Below are positions 35,500 through 43,473 of a DNA stretch of 64,000 bases, piece after piece; position 1 is the stretch's first letter; each line of letters starts with the position of its first letter. Both the position numbers and the translations under genes were made by a program. Source of the stretch: Deltaproteobacteria bacterium (lineage in GTDB: Bacteria > Myxococcota_A > UBA9160 > SMWR01); assembly GCA_032128375.1 (NCBI GenBank), contig JAQBGU010000135.1, forward strand, positions 7,213 to 71,212. The letters run 5' to 3'. The notes beneath the pieces were generated by a model that was not told where the DNA came from, did no database searches, and saw only the letters and a program-made list of their open reading frames with translations.

Positions 35500-35660
35500 G
35501 GCCCAATCATGACACTCCATCCCCCGCCCCACCAGCAACCAGCGGTACCCCCGACCGATCGCCTGAGCCCGATCGCGGTCGATTGCAGCGAGAATCGCTG
35601 CAGAACTCGAGCCGGAGCTGGAGTCGGAACCCGGCATGGCTATCGTGACGGTCGAGCGAG

Positions 35661-37964
35661 ATGACGAAGAGCGCGGATCGGACAGGGCAGGGGTCGCGCA
35701 TCGGCGCGATGGTGGGATTGTTCGCGGCGGCCATCGCTGTTCGCGCGCTACCAGCGCCGACTGTTCTGCTCGGCGATCGCGTTCAGCCGTTTGGCGGCGA
35801 CGCGTTCTACCACCTGCGCCGAATCGCGTATTCGATCGAGCAATTCCCTCATGTACTCGAATTCGATCGCTACGTGAACTTCCCGACAGGCGCGATTGCG
35901 ATCTGGACACCGGTTTTCGACTGGCTGATCGCCGCGCTGGCGATCTGCCTCCGAGCCGAGCCGGCATCCCTCGAGATGGAACGAATCGCGGTCTGGGTTC
36001 CGCCGGTTCTTGGAGCAGCGACCGTCGTGGTGCTGTATCGACTGGCGGCGCGCACCTTTGGCGAGCCGATCGGGCGCACGGCTGGTGCGCTTTTGTGCAT
36101 CAGTTCCGCGCACTTCTGGTACTCGCAGATCGGCTTCGTCGACCATCACGTTGCGGTCGCGCTCGTCACTACGCTGCTGCTGGGTCGCGCGATCGCGTAC
36201 CTGGACGCGCAGTCGGAACCTGCCCCGGCATGGCCGTTGGGGCTCGCGCTCGGCGCAGCATTGTGGATCTGGCCCGGTACGCTACTTCACGTCGGCATCA
36301 TCGAAGCCGCACTGCTGATCGCGCTCTTGACGGAGGCCGACGCATCCGCGGCCGCTGCACGGCGTTTCACAAACGTGCAGTGCATTGCACTGCTGTTGAT
36401 GCTGCCCTCCGGTGTCACAAACAGCTGGCCGCAATGGGGGGCCTTCAGCCCGGTCGTGCTCTCACTGTTTCAGCCCTGGCTATTCGCCACATTGACACTG
36501 TTTGGGTTCGGGTGCAGCGCACTGTGGCTCCACACGCGGCTCGGCGCGTCCGTCGGGAGGCGCGCACTCAGCGCTGCAGCAATCGGCTTCACATTGTTGC
36601 TGTGTAGCCTTCTTGCGATTCCAGAATTGTGGATCGGTGCGCACGATGCGTGGCAGTGGTTCGGAAAGACGGAGGTTTTTCAGGCCCTCGTCAGTGAATC
36701 ATTGCCTCTGTTGGAGCTCGATGGCGATTTCAGCACCCAGGTGGCCTCGAGTCGCCTGTCCTACTTCGTATTTCTGTCTCCGATCGCGCTGCTCTGGGCG
36801 GCGACCAGCGCCTGGCGAGGAGAACGTGAGCGCGGACGATTGTTGCTGGTCGGCTGGACCGCGGTGCTGCTGGCCGCGACGCTGTGGCAGAAGCGCTTCT
36901 TCAATACCTCCTCGGTCGGCCTGGCTCTGCTGATGGCATGGACACTAGCCGGCGTACATCGCGCATGGACCGCGCGAGCGGGTGGCCACTCGCGGCTCGC
37001 GAGCGCGGTCGTCGTATCTGTCACCGCGCTGCTGTTGCTTCCGAGCGTCGCGAGTTTTCGCGGCTTCCTGCCGAACTGGCGCGGCGACGGTACGATCGCA
37101 GGTTCTCGCCTGCAACTCGCGCAGAATGTCGCGATTGCGACTTCGGAATATCTGCGTCGAGAAACCCCGACGACTTCCGGATGGCTGGACGCCGATGCTT
37201 GGCCCGAGTATTCCGTGATGGGTCCGTGGCCGATCGGGCACGTGATCGAATACGTCGGACGCCGACCGACAGTGACTGACGGATTCGGCGACGACCTGGG
37301 GCCCGAGAACTTCGAACGAGCGGCACGTTACTATGCTGCTGAAGAGCCAGAGGCACTCGCGATCGCAGAACGACTCGGTGTTCGGTATGTAATCGCGCAG
37401 CGCAGCGCAACTTTTCTGGGGAGAGAACCCGGCGCCGCCAGTATGCTGACCGCTTTGTTTGTTCGCGATGGGTCTGAGAGGCCGCTCCCTTCGACCCGAG
37501 ATGCCGGCGCTATTGCACCACCTTCGCCGACGACCTTCCCGGCACTGCATCGCCACCGGCTCATCTACGAATCCGCGCCTCCCGGAGAACGGAGTCCCGA
37601 GCGCGAGTCGTTGTTCAAGCTGTTCGAGATCGTGGTTGGGGCCGAGATCGTGGGTCGCGCGACGCCTGGTGGGCGTGTAAGCGCCGCTGTGGAGCTGAAG
37701 ACGAATCGGAAACGCGATTATCTCTATTTCACGAGCACGACTGTTCGGGAAGATGGCGGCTACACGCTACGCCTCCCGTATGCCAATGGAGGGCCAAACA
37801 AGCGCGGTGTCGTCGGGGTAGGCATGCATTACACGATCGCGTGTGGGGATGCGAAGCGTCCCATCGGCGTGACGGAGCGCGACGTTCAGTCCGGAGCGAA
37901 GCTCCGCGTACCGGAACTGGACTGTCAGTCAGGAATGAAAAAGAGCGATGCTTGGACGCAATAA
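35661..37964 (+). CDS. STT3/AglB-like oligosaccharyltransferase-family membrane protein (divergent)
   Basis: The first loop FGGDAFYHLRRIAYSIEQFP resembles the archaeal AglB D-x-YYHLR motif. There are about 13 TM segments and then a soluble C-terminal domain. At the WWDYG position the sequence reads MGPWPIGHVIEYVGRRPTVTDGFG. Confidence 0.6.
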   Translation: MTKSADRTGQGSRIGAMVGLFAAAIAVRALPAPTVLLGDRVQPFGGDAFYHLRRIAYSIEQFPHVLEFDRYVNFPTGAIAIWTPVFDWLIAALAICLRAEPASLEMERIAVWVPPVLGAATVVVLYRLAARTFGEPIGRTAGALLCISSAHFWYSQIGFVDHHVAVALVTTLLLGRAIAYLDAQSEPAPAWPLGLALGAALWIWPGTLLHVGIIEAALLIALLTEADASAAAARRFTNVQCIALLLMLPSGVTNSWPQWGAFSPVVLSLFQPWLFATLTLFGFGCSALWLHTRLGASVGRRALSAAAIGFTLLLCSLLAIPELWIGAHDAWQWFGKTEVFQALVSESLPLLELDGDFSTQVASSRLSYFVFLSPIALLWAATSAWRGERERGRLLLVGWTAVLLAATLWQKRFFNTSSVGLALLMAWTLAGVHRAWTARAGGHSRLASAVVVSVTALLLLPSVASFRGFLPNWRGDGTIAGSRLQLAQNVAIATSEYLRRETPTTSGWLDADAWPEYSVMGPWPIGHVIEYVGRRPTVTDGFGDDLGPENFERAARYYAAEEPEALAIAERLGVRYVIAQRSATFLGREPGAASMLTALFVRDGSERPLPSTRDAGAIAPPSPTTFPALHRHRLIYESAPPGERSPERESLFKLFEIVVGAEIVGRATPGGRVSAAVELKTNRKRDYLYFTSTTVREDGGYTLRLPYANGGPNKRGVVGVGMHYTIACGDAKRPIGVTERDVQSGAKLRVPELDCQSGMKKSDAWTQ

Positions 37965-38197
37965 ACAGATTTCGGCTGGCAGCGATCAGATCGATCAACA
38001 AGGTCAGGCGTCGACGCAAGCCTTGCGTCGCGAGCCGCCCCAACGAGTGGTTCGTCGGGATTGACCAGCGGATCCATCGAGTTGGCTGCGCAGATGCCGC
38101 TGGCTGCGCTCGCGGCCAAGTTCCAACTCGGGCAACCCGATGTAGTAAAATCACCACGAAGATGAAGTGGTGATCCTGGCGTGGGTGATTTTCTCCT

Positions 38198-38286
38198 GCT
38201 CCACGACAAGAGCAAACCCGGCGAGAGCCGGGGACGCAAAGCCAGTGCCCAGCCTCGGGAATCCGAGTCGGGTCGAACGGCTGCCG
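38198..38286 (+). promoter_or_regulatory. c-di-GMP-I (GEMM-I) riboswitch-like aptamer
   Basis: CCACGACAAGAGCAAACC-[CGGC GAGA GCCG hairpin, GNRA loop]-GGGACGCAAAGCC-[second hairpin CUCGG GAAU CCGAG with extended stem]. This parallels the V. cholerae Vc2 aptamer as I recall it (CACGCACAGGGCAAACC-AUUCGAAAGAGU-GGGACGCAAAGCC...). It ends immediately before the AAAGGAG RBS of the 38300 gene. Confidence 0.75.
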
Positions 38287-38299
38287 AAAGGAGTTGTGC

Positions 38300-38917
38300 A
38301 TGACCGCTCCCCGTCGACTGACAACCGCTTTCCTCGTCGCGGCGATCTCCGTGGCTTCCTGTGGTGCCACGCCTTTCGCTGAACTGGCGAGTACGAGCGA
38401 GAATCCTCCGCTCGGTTATTCGCCATCCGCGCTCAGCGGGGACGCGCTCGCTGCGTCTCGTGTGTTGGGAGGGCTGAACACCGGGTTGCTTCCCGATGAA
38501 GTCGCGAGGCTCGGCGTCGCAATCGTCATGGAGTCGCGACGAGCTGGGATTCCGATGGAGTTGGTGCTGGCGCTGATCCAGGTCGAAAGTAGTGGCAACG
38601 CCTTCGCGGTGTCCGGTGTCGGCGCGATCGGGCTCATGCAGCTTCGCCCGAGCACGGCCGAGGAAGTCGCTGGCCGACTCGGAATCCGCTGGATGGGCGC
38701 TGCAACATTGTTCGAGCCGGTGACGAACGTTCGGCTGGGCGTCGAGTATCTCCGCCAATTGATCGAGCACTACGACAGCGTTTCGATCGCACTCGCCGCC
38801 TACAACTGGGGGCCGGGAACGATCGGGAAGAGGCTGCGGCTGGGCGAAGCGATCCCGGCCGGCTACTCGGATAAAGTCATGGCAAAATATCGCCGACCCC
38901 TGCACCGCGCGATCTAG
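38300..38917 (+). CDS. lytic transglycosylase (SLT domain) lipoprotein
   Basis: Lipobox SVASC. Catalytic motif LIQVESSGNAFAVSGVGAIGLMQL ... AYNWGPG. The ATG at 38300 is 6 nt after AAAGGAG. Confidence 0.9.
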   Translation: MTAPRRLTTAFLVAAISVASCGATPFAELASTSENPPLGYSPSALSGDALAASRVLGGLNTGLLPDEVARLGVAIVMESRRAGIPMELVLALIQVESSGNAFAVSGVGAIGLMQLRPSTAEEVAGRLGIRWMGAATLFEPVTNVRLGVEYLRQLIEHYDSVSIALAAYNWGPGTIGKRLRLGEAIPAGYSDKVMAKYRRPLHRAI

Positions 38918-38978
38918 GGCGAGTTCATTGGCGCGTGTTCGGGCTGTCGGCGCAGACTCCTGGCTCGGGCGGCTCCGA

Positions 38979-39560
38979 TCAGGAAGCGTCCGTCACGATC
39001 ACGCTGATACGTGAGTCTCCCTTCGTACCTGAGATGTTGACTGTCACCTTGCGGGAGTCTTTGAGCCCGGCGAGCCCTAGCTGGCCGCCAAAACTTTCCT
39101 CTTCTGCGATCGCCCAACCCTGCTCTGCGAGCTTGGTCTGATAGAACTCGTAGATATCCTGCTGGGAATCCATCGTCTTGAACGTGACCATGCTGCCTTC
39201 AGCACCTGCCGACATCGCCGCCATCGGCTCGGCTCCCGGATACAGCGGGATATCGGTCGGAAATGAACGCGGTACCTTCGCATCCTCCCCGATACTGGCC
39301 TCGAATGCATTGCCTTGCCCATCTGTCCCAGAGAAGCGAACCGGGTTGCCTTCGGCGTCGCGCTGATCGACCGTCACATTATTGGGAATGTCGGGCGGGG
39401 GTACCTTCTTCGCAGGCACAGCAGCGGGCTCTTTTGCCGCTGTCGCTGCCGGCGCCTGTGTCGGCGCGGGTGCCTCGTCGCTTCCGCACGCAACGAAGAA
39501 GAGAAATGACGCCGCGATGACCAGTAGTGCGCAGCGCGCATGAAGCGTTTTTGCGAACAT
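38979..39560 (-). CDS. hypothetical lipoprotein
   Basis: Start re-set to MFAKTLHARCALLVIAASFLFFVAC (lipobox FVAC; ATG 39560). An Ala/Pro-rich linker is followed by a globular domain. I recognise no family. Confidence 0.6.
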   Translation of the reverse strand: MFAKTLHARCALLVIAASFLFFVACGSDEAPAPTQAPAATAAKEPAAVPAKKVPPPDIPNNVTVDQRDAEGNPVRFSGTDGQGNAFEASIGEDAKVPRSFPTDIPLYPGAEPMAAMSAGAEGSMVTFKTMDSQQDIYEFYQTKLAEQGWAIAEEESFGGQLGLAGLKDSRKVTVNISGTKGDSRISVIVTDAS

Positions 39561-39765
39561 GCTGTTTTCGTACCCCCGGTTGCTGAGTTCGGCAGATCCT
39601 ACATCGGAGCGACTCAATTGAGTAGCTCTGAGTTTGCTCGCTTGGCTGTGCTTCTCAGGCACCTTTTGCGCCTGTTTGGTCCGGCGTTAGACTCCCGCCA
39701 ACCCGGCACGGTTCAACCGTCCATCCACCCGCGATTATCGACTTCAGAACAAGGACTCGAATACT

Positions 39766-40479
39766 GTGTATACCCGATCCATTCGTTCGATGGCTGTCCC
39801 CGTCGCCTGCTGTGCGTTCGGCATCATGCTGATCGCTTGCCAACTGCCACAGGCTGCCTTTGCGGCCCCGCCGGCGACAAACGCCGTTCCACAGACAGAC
39901 CCCGAGAAGGTCCTTTACATACTCGGCATTATGTTGGGGAACTCACTCGAGCAGTTCAAGCTGACGGAAAAGGAATTGGAATGGGTGCAGCGCGGTACCG
40001 CCGACCAGGTGATGGGACGGGATGCCGTGGTGAACCCGGATGAGTATCAGAGCCAGTTCAAGCAGTTCGTTCAAGAACGCACTCAAAGCTCGGCCGAACT
40101 CGACGCCGACGCCGTCGCATTTCTCGAGAAGCAGTCGAGCATTGACGGCGCCGTTGTGTCGGAGTCGGGACTGATCATGCAGGAAATGGTCGCGGGCGCG
40201 GGCGCTTCACCCACAGCGACCGATTCCGTTTCGGTTCACTACCACGGCACGCTGGTAGACGGGACCGTGTTCGACAGCTCTGTCGAGCGCGGCGAGCCGG
40301 CGCGCTTTCCGCTCAACCGGGTGATTCCGTGTTGGACCGAAGGGGTGGCGAAGATGAAGGTCGGGGGAAAGAGCCGCCTGATCTGCCCGCCGCAGATCGC
40401 GTACGGCGCGCGCGGCGCCGGCAAGATCCCGCCGAACGCGCCGATCGTGTTCGAAGTGGAATTGCTCGAGATCGAATAG
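39766..40479 (+). CDS. FKBP-type peptidyl-prolyl cis-trans isomerase (FkpA/Mip-like)
   Basis: C-terminal FKBP domain VHYHGTLVDGTVFDSSVERGEPARFPLNRVIPCWTEGV ... IPPNAPIVFEVELLEI, with an N-terminal signal sequence. The start is ambiguous: GTG 39766 or ATG 39790. Confidence 0.88.
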   Translation: MYTRSIRSMAVPVACCAFGIMLIACQLPQAAFAAPPATNAVPQTDPEKVLYILGIMLGNSLEQFKLTEKELEWVQRGTADQVMGRDAVVNPDEYQSQFKQFVQERTQSSAELDADAVAFLEKQSSIDGAVVSESGLIMQEMVAGAGASPTATDSVSVHYHGTLVDGTVFDSSVERGEPARFPLNRVIPCWTEGVAKMKVGGKSRLICPPQIAYGARGAGKIPPNAPIVFEVELLEIE

Positions 40480-40519
40480 CGCTCCATCGCTCTCGCTCGA
40501 GACCTTCCGCAAAACCCCT

Positions 40520-41629
40520 CTACTGCAGCTTGGTCACGTCGATCTGGTAGAGTTCGCTGACGTTGCCCGACAGGATTCGCTCTGCTTGTTGGTCGGTCAG
40601 GTGGTCCTTGTGCTCGGCCAGCACCTCTTGAGACCAGGGCCAGGTAGAGTCGCTGTGCGGTAAATCGTTCGCCCACATCAGCCGTTCCGAGTTCATGAGC
40701 CCCGCGATCCGGAACGCCACCCAGTCGTCTTGAAACGTCACATAGATGTTCTCTCGGAAATACTCCGATGGCAGCTTCGACAGTTCCTGACCCGGTGGCA
40801 GCCAATTGCGATGGCGCTTGAACGCGTGATCCATGCGGTACATGTAATGCGGTACCCAGCCAGCGTCCGCCTCGACGCAGACGATCTTCAATTCGGGGTT
40901 GCGCTCGAACACCCCGCCGAGCACCAGCGTGCCCATGATGTCCTGGCAGCCACGCACGATGGAGAGGAAGCCGTTCATCTTGGGCCCGCGGGTCTTTGCA
41001 TCCGGCATCGTCAAGATATGGAACGAAAGTGGAAGTCCGAGTTCGATGGCCCGCTGCCAGAACGGGTCATAGATCGGTGAGTCGTAGTCGTCGATTGCCG
41101 GTACGCCCGGCATCATTACGCCGCGCAGCCCTTGCTTCGCGATTGCCTCCAGCTCCGTGATGCCGTCTTCGACCGAGCGCATCGAGACCTGGCCGACGCC
41201 GAGCAGTCTTTCGGTGTGGGTCGCGCAGTAGTCAACGATCCAGCGATTGTAAGCTTCGAAGCAGGCTTTCTTGAAATCGAAGTCAGTATGATTGCAAATC
41301 AACATCCCGACGGTCGGATAGATGACCTCGGCGTTCACACCGTCGCGTTGCTGGTCCGCCAGCCGCGCAGAAGGATCCCAGCCGCTTCTGTGCATATCGG
41401 CGAATCGTTTGCCGAGCACCGTGATTTCCTCGGGCGGGACCCCGGCCGCCGCCACCAGCCCCATGGGTATGGGCCGCTTCATGCCCGGGATGATGTATAG
41501 GCTGCCGGCTTTCTCGTCTTCGATCATGTGGGGTGCCTTGTCGCGCCACTTCGGATCGATGTAGTCGATATACGCGTTGCCGGGTTCGGTGATATGCGAA
41601 TCCGCAGAGATGATCGGATAGCTACTCAT
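40520..41629 (-). CDS. amidohydrolase family protein (amidohydrolase_2/ACMSD-like)
   Basis: The start MSSYPIISADSHITEP (ATG 41629, behind GGAGAAGAAGG) carries the metal-binding xDxHxH-type N-terminus. A conserved ...WANDLPHSDSTWP lies near the C-terminus. Confidence 0.8.
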   Translation of the reverse strand: MSSYPIISADSHITEPGNAYIDYIDPKWRDKAPHMIEDEKAGSLYIIPGMKRPIPMGLVAAAGVPPEEITVLGKRFADMHRSGWDPSARLADQQRDGVNAEVIYPTVGMLICNHTDFDFKKACFEAYNRWIVDYCATHTERLLGVGQVSMRSVEDGITELEAIAKQGLRGVMMPGVPAIDDYDSPIYDPFWQRAIELGLPLSFHILTMPDAKTRGPKMNGFLSIVRGCQDIMGTLVLGGVFERNPELKIVCVEADAGWVPHYMYRMDHAFKRHRNWLPPGQELSKLPSEYFRENIYVTFQDDWVAFRIAGLMNSERLMWANDLPHSDSTWPWSQEVLAEHKDHLTDQQAERILSGNVSELYQIDVTKLQ

Positions 41630-41688
41630 GGGCCTTCTTCTCCATGCCTTGCGACGAAACCTTTCGACGAAACCCTTCGACGAAAAAA

Positions 41689-43377
41689 TCAAGCGATTGT
41701 TCCCCCGCGAAGCAGTCGACCGGGAAGCTCACCGTCTGGATCGACACAGTCCTTCCCGTGTTCCCGTATCGCTGTTCCGTTGACGATGACGGCATCGATG
41801 CCGATCGCGTCGGAGATCAGACGGTCCGCGCCGCCCGGCTGGTCGTGGACTCGGCGCAGTGGCGAACAATCGACGGTGTCGAGGTCGAAGATCACCACAT
41901 CTGCAGAGAGCCCCTGCGCGAGTCGGCCGCGACCGGTCAGGCCGAAGACTTCGGCCGATCGAGAGGTGAGCAACCGAATCGCTTCCTCGACGCGCAGCGT
42001 GCCCGAATCGCGCACCCAGTGCGCAAGCAGATGCGTGGGGGCACACGCATCGCAGAGCTGGCTCATGTGTGCGCCCGCATCGGACAGCCCGAGCATCACC
42101 GCGCGGTGAGTCAGCAGTTCGGCGACGATTGCGGGTGCAGTATTCGCGACCGCGATGCGAAAGCGCGCTTCGAGATGGGTCTGGAGCCCGAGATCCAACG
42201 CGAGATCTGCCGGGTGCACGCCGCGTTCGGCCGCGACTTCTTCGACGTTTCGCTCGGCCAGGCTGGGCTCGCCCGGGCAGTCAGCAATCACCGTGTCCGA
42301 CCACCGGCCAGCAATATTGCCCGCGCTCTCGCCGCGGTCGCGCAACGCGCGACGGAATTCAGGGTCGGCGTAGATGCGCTTCTTGCCTTCGAAATCCGCC
42401 TGCGACACGGGCTTGAACATCGACATGCTCTCGAATGGAAACGGCGCCTTCCACTGGAATTCGAACATCAGCGGCCGCGGCGTGACCTGCGGGTAGATCT
42501 CGATTCCCTCGTCCTGGAGCTTCGCACACGCCTCGAGGACGCCGCGATGTCCTTCTGGGCCGAACATGCCACCGAGTAGTGCGGTCCATGAGATGGGTCG
42601 TCCGGTCGATTTGAAGATCTCTGTGAACTCGCCGAGGAACAACCCGCGCCCGAGCGTCGCCTGCATCGTGCCGTGACCGACCTCGCGCATGCATCCAGCG
42701 AGTCGTTGAATTTCGCTCAGCGCCGCCGCTCTACTGGGTACCGGTCGGCCTTCGTATCCCACATGGGTGGGAGCCCAGGAGGTCGCGAACCCGATGGCGC
42801 CTGCCCGCATCGCGTCTGCGACAATCGCCTCCATCTGCGCGACTTCGTCTTCGGTTGCTTCGCGCTCGGTTGCTTCTTCGCCCATCACGTACATGCGTAC
42901 CGGCGTGTGTCCCACGAGTGCACCGACGTTGATCGCGCTTCCGCGGTGTTCGATGGCGTCGAGGTACTCGGGAAAGCTCTCGAACGGCCATTGTTCTCCC
43001 AACCCCTCCCACAAGGCCGCGAGGTTCATACCCTCGACGTTCTCGAGCGTGCGCAGGATCAGGTCACGATGGGCGGCGCGCGTCGGTGCAACGCCGAACC
43101 CGCAGTTGCCCATCACGACCGACGTGACGCCGTGCCACGGCGAAATCGTGAGCATGCGGTCCCAGAAGATCTGTGCGTCGTAGTGGGTGTGGATATCGAC
43201 AAAGCCGGGCGCGACGACGCGTCCGCCCGCGTCGATCGTCCGGCTCGCTGTGCCGAGCGATTCGCCGATCGCCGCGATGCGTCCATCTCGGATCCCGAGG
43301 TCCCCGGTCGACGCCGGGGCGCCGGATCCGTCTACCAGGGTTCCGCCGCGAATGAGCAGGTCGAACTGTTCGGACAT
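41689..43377 (-). CDS. N-acyl-D-amino-acid deacylase (D-aminoacylase) family amidohydrolase
   Basis: DLLIRGGTLVDGSG ... IRDGRIAAIG ... DAGGRVVAPGFVDIHTHYD is the canonical N-terminus of this family. Confidence 0.88.
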   Translation of the reverse strand: MSEQFDLLIRGGTLVDGSGAPASTGDLGIRDGRIAAIGESLGTASRTIDAGGRVVAPGFVDIHTHYDAQIFWDRMLTISPWHGVTSVVMGNCGFGVAPTRAAHRDLILRTLENVEGMNLAALWEGLGEQWPFESFPEYLDAIEHRGSAINVGALVGHTPVRMYVMGEEATEREATEDEVAQMEAIVADAMRAGAIGFATSWAPTHVGYEGRPVPSRAAALSEIQRLAGCMREVGHGTMQATLGRGLFLGEFTEIFKSTGRPISWTALLGGMFGPEGHRGVLEACAKLQDEGIEIYPQVTPRPLMFEFQWKAPFPFESMSMFKPVSQADFEGKKRIYADPEFRRALRDRGESAGNIAGRWSDTVIADCPGEPSLAERNVEEVAAERGVHPADLALDLGLQTHLEARFRIAVANTAPAIVAELLTHRAVMLGLSDAGAHMSQLCDACAPTHLLAHWVRDSGTLRVEEAIRLLTSRSAEVFGLTGRGRLAQGLSADVVIFDLDTVDCSPLRRVHDQPGGADRLISDAIGIDAVIVNGTAIREHGKDCVDPDGELPGRLLRGGTIA

Positions 43378-43473
43378 CGAGGTTGCCTCGCTGGGATACG
43401 AATCGGATCGTCGGATCCCATCATACCAGCTGCGCCAGCCGTGCGTTGCGCAACCGTGACTCGCAGCCGCTCG

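Noticed and set aside
35437-35967. The N-terminal 177 codons of tracked ORF 35191..35967(-).
   Set aside because: The sequence is Arg/Ser-rich and low in information. It overlaps the well-supported STT3-like gene on the other strand and contains a 13-bp tandem repeat (not a multiple of 3). Only the last 81 codons look genuine.
38012-38030. Hairpin CGACGCAAG-C-CTTGCGTCG after the STT3-like gene, and hairpin CCTGACCCA-AGA-TGGGTCAGG at 50049..50069 after the surface-antigen gene, considered as terminators.
   Set aside because: Both are perfect 9-bp inverted repeats but have very small loops and no following T-tract. I therefore did not call them intrinsic terminators with confidence. They may still be RNA-stabilising or protein-binding sites.
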